Below, one piece after another: positions 1 through 11,784 of a DNA stretch of 64,000 nucleotides (positions are counted from its first letter, which is position 1; each line of letters opens with the position of its first letter). Under the pieces are notes generated by a model, which made no database searches, was not told the origin of the DNA, and saw nothing but the letters and a program-made list of their open reading frames with translations. The translations under genes and the position numbers were made by a program. The stretch is from NCBI RefSeq assembly GCF_009914755.1, contig NC_060935.1; one strand, given 5' to 3'. This DNA comes from the human T2T-CHM13v2.0 reference genome, Homo sapiens.

Positions 1-135
1 TTAGTCTGGCTTCTTTCACCCAACATTACGTTTGTGAGATTCCTCCATGCTGTTGATGTGGAGATAGTGCATTCATTCTCATTGTTGGTAGCATGACGAG
101 GTGAAAACATAACATAATGCTATTCATCTAATTTG
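1..135 (-). mobile_element. Old L1M (L1ME-like) 3' region fragment, continues at about 1760-2130
   Basis: Sequence 'tctggcttctttcacccaacattacgtttgtgagattcctccatgctgttg' resembles the antisense 3' region of old L1; resumes after nested insertions. Confidence 0.6.
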
Positions 136-319
136 GAGCAGGGATCAACAAACTATGACCCATAAATTCTTTTTGGAACTTGGAAATACCAATTTATTAA
201 TATATTATCTATGGATTTTTTGTGATACAAGGGAAAACCTGAGTGATTATTACAATTTATGATCTGCAAACCTTAAAACATATAGTATCTAACTCTTTTT
301 TGTTTGTTTGTTTGTTTTT

Positions 320-1307
320 GAAATTTTAAAGCTGGGTGTCCAGGGGAGACATCACATGTTGGCAGGTTCCGTGATGCCCCCCGAGCCGTAAAACCAGCAA
401 GTTTTTATTAGTGATTTTCAAAAGGGGAGGGACTGTACGAATAGGGTGTTGGTCACAGAGAGCATGTGCTTCACAAGGTAATAGAATATCACAAGGCAAA
501 TGGAGGCAGGGCGAGATCACAGGACCACAGGACTGGGGCGAAATTAAAATTGCTAATGAAGTTTCGGGCACGCATTGTCATTGATAACATCTTATCAGGA
601 GACAGGGTTTGAGAGCAGACAACCAGTCTGACCATAATTTATTAGGCGGGAATTTCCTCATCCTAATAAACCTGGGAGTGCTACAGGAGACTGGGACTTA
701 TTTCATCCCTACAGCTCCGACCATAAAAGACGGCCGCCCTCAAAGCAGCCATTTTAGAGGCCTACCCTCAGGGAGGCATTCTCTTTCTCAGGGATGTTCC
801 TTGCTGAGAAAAAGAATTCAGTGATATTTCTCCCATTTGCTTTTGAAAGAAGAGAAATGTGGCTCTGTTCCACCTGGCTCACAGGCAGTCAGAATTTAAG
901 GTTATCTCTTGTTCCTTGAACATTGCTGTTATCCTGTTCTTTTTTCAAGGTGTCTAGATTTCATATTGTTCAAACACACATGCTCTACAAACAATTTGTG
1001 CGGTTAATGCGATCCTCACAGGGTTCTGAGGTGACATACATCCTCCTCAGCTTACAAAGATGATGGGATTAAGAGATGAAAGTAAAGACAGGCATAGGAA
1101 ATCACAAGGGTATTGATTGGGGAAGTGATAAGTGTCCATGAAATCTTCACAATTTATGTTCAGAGATTGCAGTAAAGGCAGGTGTAAGAAATTATAAAAG
1201 TATTAATTTGGGGAACTAATAAATGTCCATGAAATCTTCACAATCCACGTTCTTCTGCCATGGCTTCAGTGGGTCCCTCCACTGGGCGTTCCTGACTTCC
1301 CACAACA
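320..1307 (-). mobile_element. MER11 (HERV-K11/HML-8) 3' LTR, missing its 3' (U5-side) end
   Basis: Minus strand begins TGTTGTGGGAAGTCAGGAACG at 1307, has the internal U3 tandem repeats, AATAAA at 404-409, and ends ...CCCAGCTTTAAAATTTC at 320 followed by an A-rich tail. Confidence 0.9.
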
Positions 1308-1719
1308 TCTCTCCCTTTCTTTTTATATAAATGTGCCATGGCGATGAAGTCTTGTTCGTTCTCCCGATTTTGACACAGGATTCTTTGACTGGTCCGGCAC
1401 ACTAAAAACAAGCCGATTAAACAGAGAAACATAATTCCAAAATTTTCTACAGTGGAGCCCCCAGTAGACTTAATCCAAGTCGTGGAGTTTAATCCATGAA
1501 GATTTTCTGCCACCTGATCTAATGCCTCAGCTCCAGTCACAAAGGATAAGTGAGCTTGAGAGGCTTCAAAAATTTGTTTCTTTAATTTAGTTATGTCCAA
1601 TGATAAATTATCTTCCCTACCCAGAAGGTGTCCTTTGACCATTTCCCATGAATGATCAGTCTCGTTATAGGCTGTGATACAGAAATCCGAAGTATTCCAA
1701 TCACACTGAATTTGCATGC
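1308..1719 (-). mobile_element. HERV-K11 env C-terminal (TM) fragment plus polypurine tract
   Basis: ORF 1238-1717 'QCDWNTSDFCIT...LDITKLKKQIFEASQAHL' is HERV-K Env TM-like; PPT AAAAGAAAGGGAGAGA precedes the LTR TG. Confidence 0.9.
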
Positions 1720-2220
1720 GTATCTAACTCTTTAAGGAAAGTGTCTCCAACTTCTGATCTAATGTTTTGATAAAATATTGAGTTGTTTTTAATTTTACTG
1801 CTATTGCAAATAATGCAGTGGTGAAGATTTGTGTACACGTGTTTAAGTCTTTCATTTATTTCTCTTGGTTATAAATCTAAGAATGAAATTTTTGAGTCAT
1901 AGGGCATTTGTTTGTCCGTCTATAGTAGATACTGCCATACAATTTTACAACATGAAATGTCAATGCCCATTTCTACTGTCAACATGTAAGATTAATGATT
2001 GTGCCAAATTCTCACCATTGCTGGATATTTTGAATGTTTTCATTGTAGCCACTGTGTAGGTGAGTCACAATACTCATTGAGGTTCTAATTTTTGTGTACT
2101 TAAGCATTAACAAATTTGGAAAATCATTACTATGACATGTTTATGAAGATCCAAATTTGAATAAAAGAACAGTAAAAATTGATGTGTTTAACTGTTTGGC
2201 CTTCTGAAACTTGTATTATC

Positions 2221-2532
2221 TTTATTTATTTGCTTATTTATTTTTTGAGATGGAGCCTCACTCTGTTGCCCAGGCTGGAGGGCAATGGTGTCATTTTGGC
2301 TCACCGCAACCTCCTCCTTCTCCTCAGTTCAAGCGAATCTCCTGCCTCAGTCTCCCAAGTAGCTGGGATTACAGGTTTCTGCCACAACACCTGGCTATTT
2401 TTTTTTTTTTTTTGGTGGAGAAAGGTTTTGCCATGTTGGCCAGGCTGGTCTGGAACTCTTCACTTCAAGTAATCTACCAGCCTTGGCCTCCCAAAGTGCT
2501 GTGATTACAGGTGTGAGCCACCTCACTCGGCC
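2221..2532 (-). mobile_element. Alu (AluS-like)
   Basis: Alu consensus; TSD TGAAACTTGTA(T/C)TATC at 2205-2220 and 2533-2548. Confidence 0.92.
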
Positions 2533-3413
2533 TGAAACTTGTACTATCTAACTGGCATTTTTCTCACCACTATTTTAGGTCAAAACAGCCTAGAGGCATA
2601 GTGTGATTCTTTTGTATAAAAATGAAGTGACTCACCTTTTTCCAACTCATTCTAACACTGGGGATGGGTTTTCACAGCAGTAGAATCATAATTCACAGAA
2701 ATAGACTGTGGTGCCTGGAAATGTCATTGGAAATAATCTAGACAAAGTCCCTTTTTTGTATAAAAGAGGATTGATATTTTCATTCTTATGTTTAGGGATT
2801 AAAGTGGCAAGGATGAAGGAAGGACTCCAGATAAACATCACCCATCCACACAGTCACTATTAGTAATATTGTATTTGAACAATACTATTTTCCATCAGTC
2901 GTTGGTTGATTTGAATGAAAAATATGATTTAGAAAGAATAAGAAGGGAAGGAAAGGATGAGGATCGAAGTAAACAGTCTAGGATAGATTACAGCTTTTGA
3001 TGCTGTATTCCATGTTTCTGTAGAATCCTCAGATAAAAGCCACTATAAGCCAACTGCTCAAGATTCTATTTAACCCATGAATTCCCTAAAAATTTTCAAA
3101 TAATGTTTTCAGTCCCATTCATTCAGGGAGATGAAGTTCACAATTAAGCAAATCAGTTTATTGTATTTTTTGGAAATGCTTTAATAGGTTTTAAAATTTC
3201 CTTCTCTTTAGTTCACATCCACTATATCTAATAAAAGAGGCCACTGTGTAGCTCAAGTCAGTCTTCAGATGTAATAAGTAAGTGACATGTGAGAGAGAAA
3301 TGGGCTAATTAGATGACATGTTTACATCTTCTAAATTATTGACAATCAACTAATACTTCATTTTATTTATGCTTTAATGTATGTTAAGCAACGTTTTCCA
3401 CGATGTTGGTACT

Positions 3414-3757
3414 CATATTAGTCTCTTTAGGCTGCTATAACAAAATACTGTAGATGGGGTAGCTTATAAACAACATACATTTATTTCTTACTGTTCTGGT
3501 TGTTGGAAAGTTAAAACAGGGCACTTGCAGATTCAGTGTCTTATGAGAGGTCCCTTTCTGTTTGATAGACAGCCCCATTTTTTGCTGTGCCCTCCCATGG
3601 CAGAATGGGCAAAGGAACTCTCCAGGCCTGTTGTTTGAAGGTGTTAATCCCATTAGTGAGAGCTATACCCTTATAAATTCATCACCTCCTAAAACCATCA
3701 CTTTGGAGATTAGAATTTTAAAATATGAGGGAAAAAATTACAGTGCTCATAGTCACA
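3414..3757 (-). mobile_element. MLT1A-like MaLR solo LTR
   Basis: 'tattagtc...gctgctataacaaaatac...gcagattcagtgtc' typical of MLT1. Confidence 0.7.
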
Positions 3758-4218
3758 ATTGTGAAAGAATACAGGTTAATTAAGAAAACGTGTTACCCTT
3801 GAAAGCCATAAAGCCTTTTATCTAAAGCAGGAATTATTCATAGTTTTTATTTTCCTCCACCATGATACCTTCTCCTGACATGTCCTAGTGTCTCATATGC
3901 CACACTTACCACATAGGAATTTCTTGGGTTTTACTTTTATTCTGAAATATTTTCACACAAGGACACTTCACATTGGCAGCTAGAAAACCTAAAATATTCA
4001 GTGGTATTTAGCTTCTATAACTGCAATGAATAGTTAAGAGTGTCCTTGTCTCTTATACATCCATTCCAATATAAGGTCATCTTCATGTTTTCTCAACAAG
4101 CTGATTCAGTGCTGTAGTCACCAGGAAACAAGAACAGAGATAGATGAAAAGGGCAGATATCTCAGACATACACAGATAAATGTTCATGCGCAAGCATTGT
4201 AGGTTCTATAGTAAAAGC

Positions 4219-4223
<5 letters not shown>

Positions 4224-4273
<50 letters not shown>

Positions 4274-4312
4274 TATACACACAAACATACGCACACATAT
4301 AAATATACACAT
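4224..4312. repeat. (TA)n microsatellite grading into CA/TA mixed repeat
   Basis: Directly visible. Confidence 0.95.
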
Positions 4313-5719
4313 ATTTATTCGAGTTACATACCATATCTTCTATTAATTTTGTTATGCTGACATCTAATAAACACTCATAAATATGGTGTTTTCATGTATT
4401 TATCTGTTTTCCTATTTTATGTTACCGAAATAACATTTATGTAGGTGCTTTGGATAACAGGGATGAAACTCAGTGTTCCATACTTGAGCAAAGAACACTC
4501 ACAATCTCATACTGGAAGCAATGATTTCATAAACAGGTGATATTAAAATAATGCCTTAAGGAATTGTTTGTTTGTGAACCACAAAGAGGGTCATTTTAGG
4601 AGGGCTGAGAATGAGAAAGAAGAAAAGGGAAGCTTCCTGGAGAAAGGGATGAAGGAGGTGATAATTGATAATTATAGCACACAGATGTACTTGAGCTGGG
4701 CCCTTTCTATTGCCATTTATAACCTAGCCAGAAATGTAGTTGAGTGGGGCCCTTTCCATTGCCATTTATAACCCAGCCAGGTTGGACTTCACTTCCAAAA
4801 TGACCTGGACCTGTCCACCTCAAGACCTCTCTAATTGTCAAACCCTCTGCCAAGAATCCCTTCCTCTCCCCAAGTTTCATCTTTTTCAGATTTGAGACAA
4901 TATCTCCATCCCAGGAAGACTTTCTCCTGCACATTAGATTTAGACATTTTGCTGTTGGATTATAACCACAGTCTTTTTATATCATTTTTGTTTCCAGGTG
5001 TCTTGTGAATTATTTGAGTGCTCAGTTAACTAGTATGTGTTACTTGTCACTAGAATATAAGTATAGAAACTACTGAATTTGCCACGAAATACAAAGCACC
5101 TAAATATGCATAAAAGCAATGAGTATATACTCAGTGAATCTTAGTATAATTGAAATAATCCTGAATTTAAAAATGAGCAAATCAAAATGTGGCATAAGGT
5201 CAAGAAAATTTTGCAAGAGAAGTACTAAATATTCTTTCAAGGCAGAAAATGAAGCAGAATATATTTGGGGAACTGTAATATTTTCTTATGATTAGACTAG
5301 TGCACATACTCATTTTATTACATTGAACTATTTGACACAACTTTGTTTCCCCACTTCCCCCAGTACCTGGCAACAATTAATCTATTTTCTGTTTCTGTAG
5401 ATTTGCCTGTTCTGGGTATTAATCTAAATAGATCATACAATATGTGGCTTTTTGTGTCTGGCTTCTTTCATTTAGCTTCATGTTTTCAAGTTTTGTCCAT
5501 TTCGTAACATACCTCAAGAAATTAAAACAATTTTAGCTTCTTAAACAGGACTGCTCATTCAGACCATGTAGACTGGCCTCCCCAACCCCACCCCCATTTA
5601 GAACCTGAAATTATGCATCTACATTAATATTACAAGTTGGAAAACCTAATTGAACTTCCACAGAGATTTGTGCTTTCGTTGAGAATGGTGTTCTTACATA
5701 AGGAAAAAAAATGTCTTTA

Positions 5720-7470
5720 GGACATTTATTGATGGGACTGTATTTTTCCAATTTTGTGTTCTTGATACCTTTGTCAAAGACAGTTGATCATAGATTTGTA
5801 AGTTTATTTCTAGATTCTTTCTTCTGTTCCATGGGTCTGTGTTTCTTTTAAAATGCCAACACCATGCTGTTTTGATCACTATAGATTTGCGGTAGATTGT
5901 GAGATGTAACACTGTGACACCTCCAGCTTTGTTCTTTTCACTTATGATTCGTCTGTCCATTTGAGGTCTTTTGCATTTTAATATAAATTTTAAAACTTTT
6001 TTCCTCTTTCTGTGAAGACAGCCATTGGAATTTTGATAAAGATTACATTGGATCTGTAGATCGCTTTAGGTAGTATGGTCCTTTCAACAATATTAATTCC
6101 TTCAAATCACGAACATGAGATGTCTGTCCATTTATTTGTATCTTCTTCAATTTATCTCATCAATATTTAATAGTTTATATGTAGAAAACTTTCAATTCCT
6201 TGGTTAAATTTATTCCAAAGTATTTTATCATTTTTGATACTATGGTAAATGGGATTGATTTCCTGATTTCTTGTTTGGATAGTTTGTTATTAATGTGTAA
6301 AAATGCTACTGATATTTGTTATGTTGATTTTGTATCCTGCATGTTTACTGAATTCATTTATTAGTTCTACCAGGTTTTCGTGAAGTTCTTAGAGTTCTCT
6401 GTATATAAGATTGTGTAGTCTTCAACTGAGAAAATTATTTTTTTTTCCTTTCTGATTTGGATATGTTTCATTTATTTTCATTTTTCTTCTTTTCTTTTCT
6501 TTCTTGTGTGTGTGCATGTGTGTAGGTGTGTGAGTGTGTGTGTGTGTATGAGTGCACCTAATTGCTCTGGCTAGAAGTCCCAGTACTATGTTGAATAGAA
6601 ATAGTTAAGAGTGGGCATTCTTCTCTTGCTCCTGATCTTATATGAAAAGTTATCACCTTTTTGCCACTGAGTATGATGTTGGCTGTGGGCTTGAACATAT
6701 ATGGCCTTCATTATGGAGATGCCTTCCTTCCATGCCTACTATGTTGAGAGTTTTTATCATAAAATGATATTGCATTTTTCCAAATAATTTTCTGCATTTG
6801 AGATGATAATATATCTTTTTTATTCATTCTGTTAGTGTGTGTATCACATTTATTAATTTGTAGACATGCACCATCGACATGAACCATCTATGGAATAACA
6901 GGGATACATTTGCCTGATCATCATAAATGCTTCTTTTAATTGCTATTAAGTATTGATTTACCAGTGTTTCATTGATGACTGCTTCATCTATGTTAATCAG
7001 GGATATTGGTCTATAACTTTCTTTTCTTGTAATGTAATTGGTTTTGGTATGCAGGTAATGCTGGCCTTGTAACATGAGTTTGGATATATTTCCTCCTCTT
7101 TGATTTTATGAAAGAGTTTTAGAAGGATTGGTATTAGTTTTTCTTTAAACGTTTGGTAGAATTTAGTAATGAAGCAATTAGGTTGTGGATATTACTTTAA
7201 CGCACATTTTTTTTATTACTGACTCCAGATCTTTATGTGTTATTAGTCTGCTCAGATTTTATATTTCATCATGACTTGATCTCAGTAGATTGTATGCGTT
7301 TAGGAATTTATCCATTTCTTCTAGGTTATTCAATTTGTTGGCATAAGTTGTTCCTAGTAGTCTCTTATGACCCTTGATATTTCTGTGGTATCAGTTGCAG
7401 TCTCTCCACTGTCATTTTTTATTTTATTTATTTGAATCTTCACTCTTTCTTCTTAGTCTAGTTAAAAGCT
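5720..7470 (-). mobile_element. Degenerate L1 ORF2 (RT to C-terminal region)
   Basis: Minus-strand ORFs 'KNKAGGVT..YRKSIVIKTAWCWH' and 'KESYRPISLINID' match L1 ORF2p motifs. Confidence 0.9.
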
Positions 7471-7514
7471 TGTCCATTTGAGATATATATATACACATAT
7501 ACTCACACACACAT

Positions 7515-7778
7515 ATATATAATTGTATAAATTTAAGAGGTGCAAATCAAGTTTTGTCACAAAGATATATTGCATAGTGGTGAACCCTGGGCTTTTATTG
7601 TAATCATCACTCAAATTGTGTACATTGTACCTATTACATAATTTCTCATTTTTCACCCTCCTCTCACCCTTCAAAATCTCCAGTGACTAATATTACACAC
7701 ACTATGTCCACATGTACATATTAATAAGCTCCCACTTATAAGCGAAAACATGCTTTATTTGACTTTCTGTTTCTGAGC
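7515..7778 (-). mobile_element. L1MA-type 3' UTR fragment
   Basis: 'agctcccacttataagcgaaaacatg...tgactttctgtttctgag' typical of the antisense L1MA/PB 3' end. Confidence 0.7.
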
Positions 7779-10649
7779 CTTAGACAAATTATAACCTTTT
7801 AGCTGGAGGAGGGTCTTGCTTTGAGTGATGGCTGTTGACTAATCAGGGTGATGGTGGCTGAAGGCTGGTGTGGCTATGGCAAGTTCTGAAAATAAGGCAG
7901 CAATGCCTTAATTTTTTTGTTTACCCAAAAGTAAATCAGGAGCAGGTTGCTGAGTTTCTGTGTACTTGTGTGGTTTAGATAGTTCCTCTTGGTATTGGTT
8001 TCTAATTTTATCCCACTGTGATCCAAGAAGATACTTGATATGATTTCAATTTTTTTTTATCTATTGAGACTTGCTTTATGACGAAGCATTTGGTCAATTT
8101 TAGAAAATGTTCTGTGCACAGATGAGAAGAATGTATATTCTTTGGTTGTTGAGTGGAGTATTCTATAGATAGCTATTTGGTCCATTTGGTTGTGAGTCCA
8201 ATTTAAGTCCAGAGTTTCTTTGTTAGTTTTCCACACCAATAATCTGCCCAGTACTGACAGAGGGGTGTTGAAGTCCCTGACTGTTATTGTATGGCTATTG
8301 ATCTATTTTCTTAGGACTACCAGTATTTGTTTTATAAATCTGGGCTCTCTGTTGTTGGGTGCATATATATTTAGGAGAGTTAAAACTTATTGTTGAATTG
8401 AACCCTTTATCATTGTGCAGTGCCCTTTGTCTCTTTTTACTATTGTTGATTTAAAGTCTGTTTTATCTGGTAGAAGAAGAGCATAGCAAATCCTGCTCTT
8501 TTTAAATATAAAGATGGATATAGTAAACACTGGAGGCTCCAAAAAGAGGAGAGGAATGGAGTGGGGCAACTGTTGTAAAACTACCTATTGGGTTCTGTGC
8601 CCACTATTTGGGTGATGTTCTCATTAAAAGCTCAAACCTCAGCAGAACCCAATATACCTATGTAAAAAACCTCCACGTGCACCTCCTGAATTTAAAATTT
8701 TTTAAAACATGAACAAATAAAAAATAAAACTCATCACTTATTTGGTCAATAGATAAAATTTAAAAAAATGGGCAACAATGAAATTTGCTGAATAAATTGA
8801 TTCTTCTTTTCACAAAAGATTTCTACAAGCTACTAGCATGTGATGCTGTTTGACAGCATTTTACCCACAGTAGAATTTTCAGAATTGGAGTCAATCCTCT
8901 CCTTGCTGCATCTTTATCAATTATGTTTATGTAATATTCTAATATTTTGTTTTCATGTCAGCTACATTGAACAGACTATCATTTTCATTACCTCTGCAGT
9001 TGCTTCTTTCACTAAAGTCTTGAGTTCCTCAAAGTCATTCACAAAGGTTGGAATCAATTTCTTCCAAACTCCTGTTGGTATAGATATTTTGGCTTCCTTC
9101 CATGAATCATGAATGTTCTTAATGGCTTCTAGAATGATGAATTATTTCCAGGTTATTGGTTTAATTTTCTTAGATCTATCAGAGGAATCACAAGCTATGG
9201 CAGCTCTAGCCTTACAGGCTGTATTTCTTAAATAATAATACTTGAAATTCAAAATTACTCCTTGATCCACAGGCTGCGTAGTAGATGTTGCCTTAATAGG
9301 TATGAAAAGAATATTAATCTTGAGCACCTCCATCAGAGCTGATGAGTGACCAAGTTCACAGTCAAACAACAGTAAAATTTTGAAGGGAATCTTTTTCTTT
9401 CTGAGTAGCAGATCTCAACAATGGGCTTAAAATATTCAGTGACTCATGCTATAAGCATATGTGCTATCATCCAGGCTTTGGTATTATACTTATAAAGCAT
9501 GGACAAAAAAGATTTACCATAATTTTTAAGAACCCTAGGATTTTTAGAGGGGTAAATGAGCATTGGCATCAACTTAAAGTTGCAGTTTCCTCTAAAAAGA
9601 GATCAGCCTGTTCTGTGAAGGTTTTATGCCAGTCATTGACTTCTCTCTAGCTATAAAGGTCTTAGGTGATATCTTCCAATATAAGGTTGTTTCCTCTATA
9701 TTGAAAGGATGTTGTTTAGTGCAGCCTTCATCAATTAACTTAGCTGGATCTTATGGATAACTTACTGTAGCTTCTGCATCAGCTCTTGCTGTTTCACTTT
9801 GTGCTTTTATGTTACGGAGATGGCTTATGTCCTTAAACCACAGGAATCAACCTCTGATAGCTTAAATTATTTCTTCTATGGTGTCCTCACCTCTCTCAGC
9901 CTTCACAGAATTGAAGAGAGTTAGGGCTTTGCTCTGGATTAGGTTTTGGATTAATGGATTGTTGTGGTTGTTTTGATCTTCAAGCCAGACCACTGAAATT
10001 TTCCCCATATCAGCAATAAGAGTGTTTTATTTCTTATCACTCATGTTCACTGAAGTGGCATTTTAAATTTCCTTCAAGAATTTATCTTTCTATTCACAAT
10101 GTGGCAGTTATCCTGGCACAGGTTTTCAGCCTAACTTGTCTTTTGCCATGCTTTCCTCACTAAGCTTCGTTATTTCTAACTCTTTATTTAATGTGAGAGA
10201 TGTGCAATACTTCCTTTTGCTTGAACATTTAAAGGCCGTTGCAAGGTTAATTGCAACTTGTCTACTTTTGATATAGTTGTGTCTCAGGAAATAGGGAGGC
10301 CAAAGGAAAGGGAGAGAGCCAGAAGGTCAGTTGGCAGAGCAGTCAGAATGTATATAACATTTATCAATTAAGTTCACTGTCTTTTATGGGTACAGTCCAT
10401 TGTGCCCCTAAATAATGATAATAGTAACATCAAAGATCACTGATCACAGATCTTCACAATAGATAAAATAATAATGTAAAGATTGAGACATTGTAAGAAT
10501 TACCAAAATGTGACACAGAGACATGATATGAGAACATAATGTTGGAAAACTGGTGCCAGTAGACTTGCTTAACACAGTGTGGTCCTGAACTTTTAATTTG
10601 TGAAGAAAAAAACAATATCTGTGAAATGAAATAAAATGATACATGCTTG
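7773..10649 (-). mobile_element. Tigger1 (pogo/Tc1-mariner) DNA transposon remnant, interrupted by an L1 at 7906-8765
   Basis: Minus ORF 9142-9369 'FIPIKATSTTQPVDQGVILNFKYYYLRNT' matches the Tigger transposase QPMDQGVI motif; TIR-like CAAGCATGTATCATTTTATT at 10649; other terminus lost. Confidence 0.88.
7906..8765 (+). mobile_element. 5'-inverted L1 insertion: antisense EN-domain piece (about 7906-8500) plus sense 3' UTR and A-rich tail (about 8500-8765)
   Basis: Minus ORFs 'DKTDFKSTIVKRDKGH' and 'YTFFSSVHRTFSKIDQML' are ORF2 EN; diverged TSD AAATAAGGCAGCAATG (7890-7905) / AAATGGGCAACAATG (8766-8780). Confidence 0.7.
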
Positions 10650-11189
10650 CATAACTGTAAACTTTCATATTTCCATTTCATAGCTTGTAAACAGTTATCA
10701 TACATAATAATGATTTGCAGCACACAATATTAGTTACAGAAATACATTTTGTAATAATACACATACTTCTACACATCCTTCAATTAGAATTTTCAAACAC
10801 ACATTTCATGCATGGTTTTCTACCACAGTACTGGATTGATCTCCCTATGAGGATACAATTACGATAGTGTAATAAATTAGAGATAGTATTCTTTTTCTGA
10901 GATTCCAGCAAAGAACGTTCCTCACATTCAGTAACACATTGGTGTATTTAAAAACAAGAGATAGTAAAACAAATATTTTGCATTGCAATTAACCTATATT
11001 GCTCAAGCCACTAAGAAAATGTTTCCAAATTGCTTTATGATACATTGGATGTAGAAAGTTATCAACATGTTATCACCTGCATTTTAAAAAATATTATTTG
11101 GCTTTTTATGATTGCTTTTCTAACATTCTAGCCTCTATCATCTTATTTTATTACATGCATTTTAATTAGTGTGAGATATTATAAAAACA

Positions 11190-11420
11190 TATCTTATAAC
11201 AAACATGTAAGTGTATATAATGTCCAGGCACTATTCTCAGCTCTTAACTGTATTAACTCTGTTCACCATCAAACAATCAATAGCATATGTGCAATATTCA
11301 TCCCATTTTACAGATAAATGAGGCATAGAAAAATTAAGCAACTCATTCAATATGCCACTCACTAGCCAAGTATAGATCTGGCATATAAATCAAAGCAATC
11401 TGACTTATTTTCTTATCCAG
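11190..11420 (+). mobile_element. MIR SINE
   Basis: Core 'cccattttacagataaatgaggcatagaaaaattaagcaact'. Confidence 0.65.
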
Positions 11421-11784
11421 TTATCCAGTAATCTACACTTATAACTGAGATATTCTACAGATAGATACGCACATGTACATGCATGCATACTTTTCTGAAA
11501 TATTTACTATATCCCTTAAGATGGCTTGATGAAATTGATTTTAGCATAAATCTCAAGCTAGTAATAACTGAAAAGTAGTATAACTAGCATTTAGCAGGAA
11601 CTTTGAAACTTTTAAATGATTTTAAAAATATTTTAGGACTATGAAATTCATTTGGCTGCATTAAACAAAGTGCTTGATAAAATCCCTAGTGTGAGAGGTT
11701 GTGTGTGTGTACAGGTAAGGTTGTTGTAAGTTCCCAATTACAGTATGTGATTGAGAAATTAGATGTATCTTGAGATGCTTTATC

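Larger units (their letters stand above)
139..1756 (+). mobile_element. MER58-like hAT-Charlie non-autonomous DNA transposon, split by the HERV-K11 insertion (pieces 139-298 and 1734-1756)
   Basis: Starts CAGGGATCAACAAACTATGACC and ends AAAGTGTCTCCAACTTCTG, resembling MER58 termini; rejoining across the TSD gives a continuous element. Confidence 0.6.

Noticed and set aside
1080-1245. Internal tandem repeats of about 90 bp
   Set aside because: Normal feature of MER11 U3 regions.
1238-1717. 159-aa ORF as a functional Env-derived gene
   Set aside because: Only the distal TM fragment, created by 5' truncation and running into the LTR; no signal peptide or promoter evidence.
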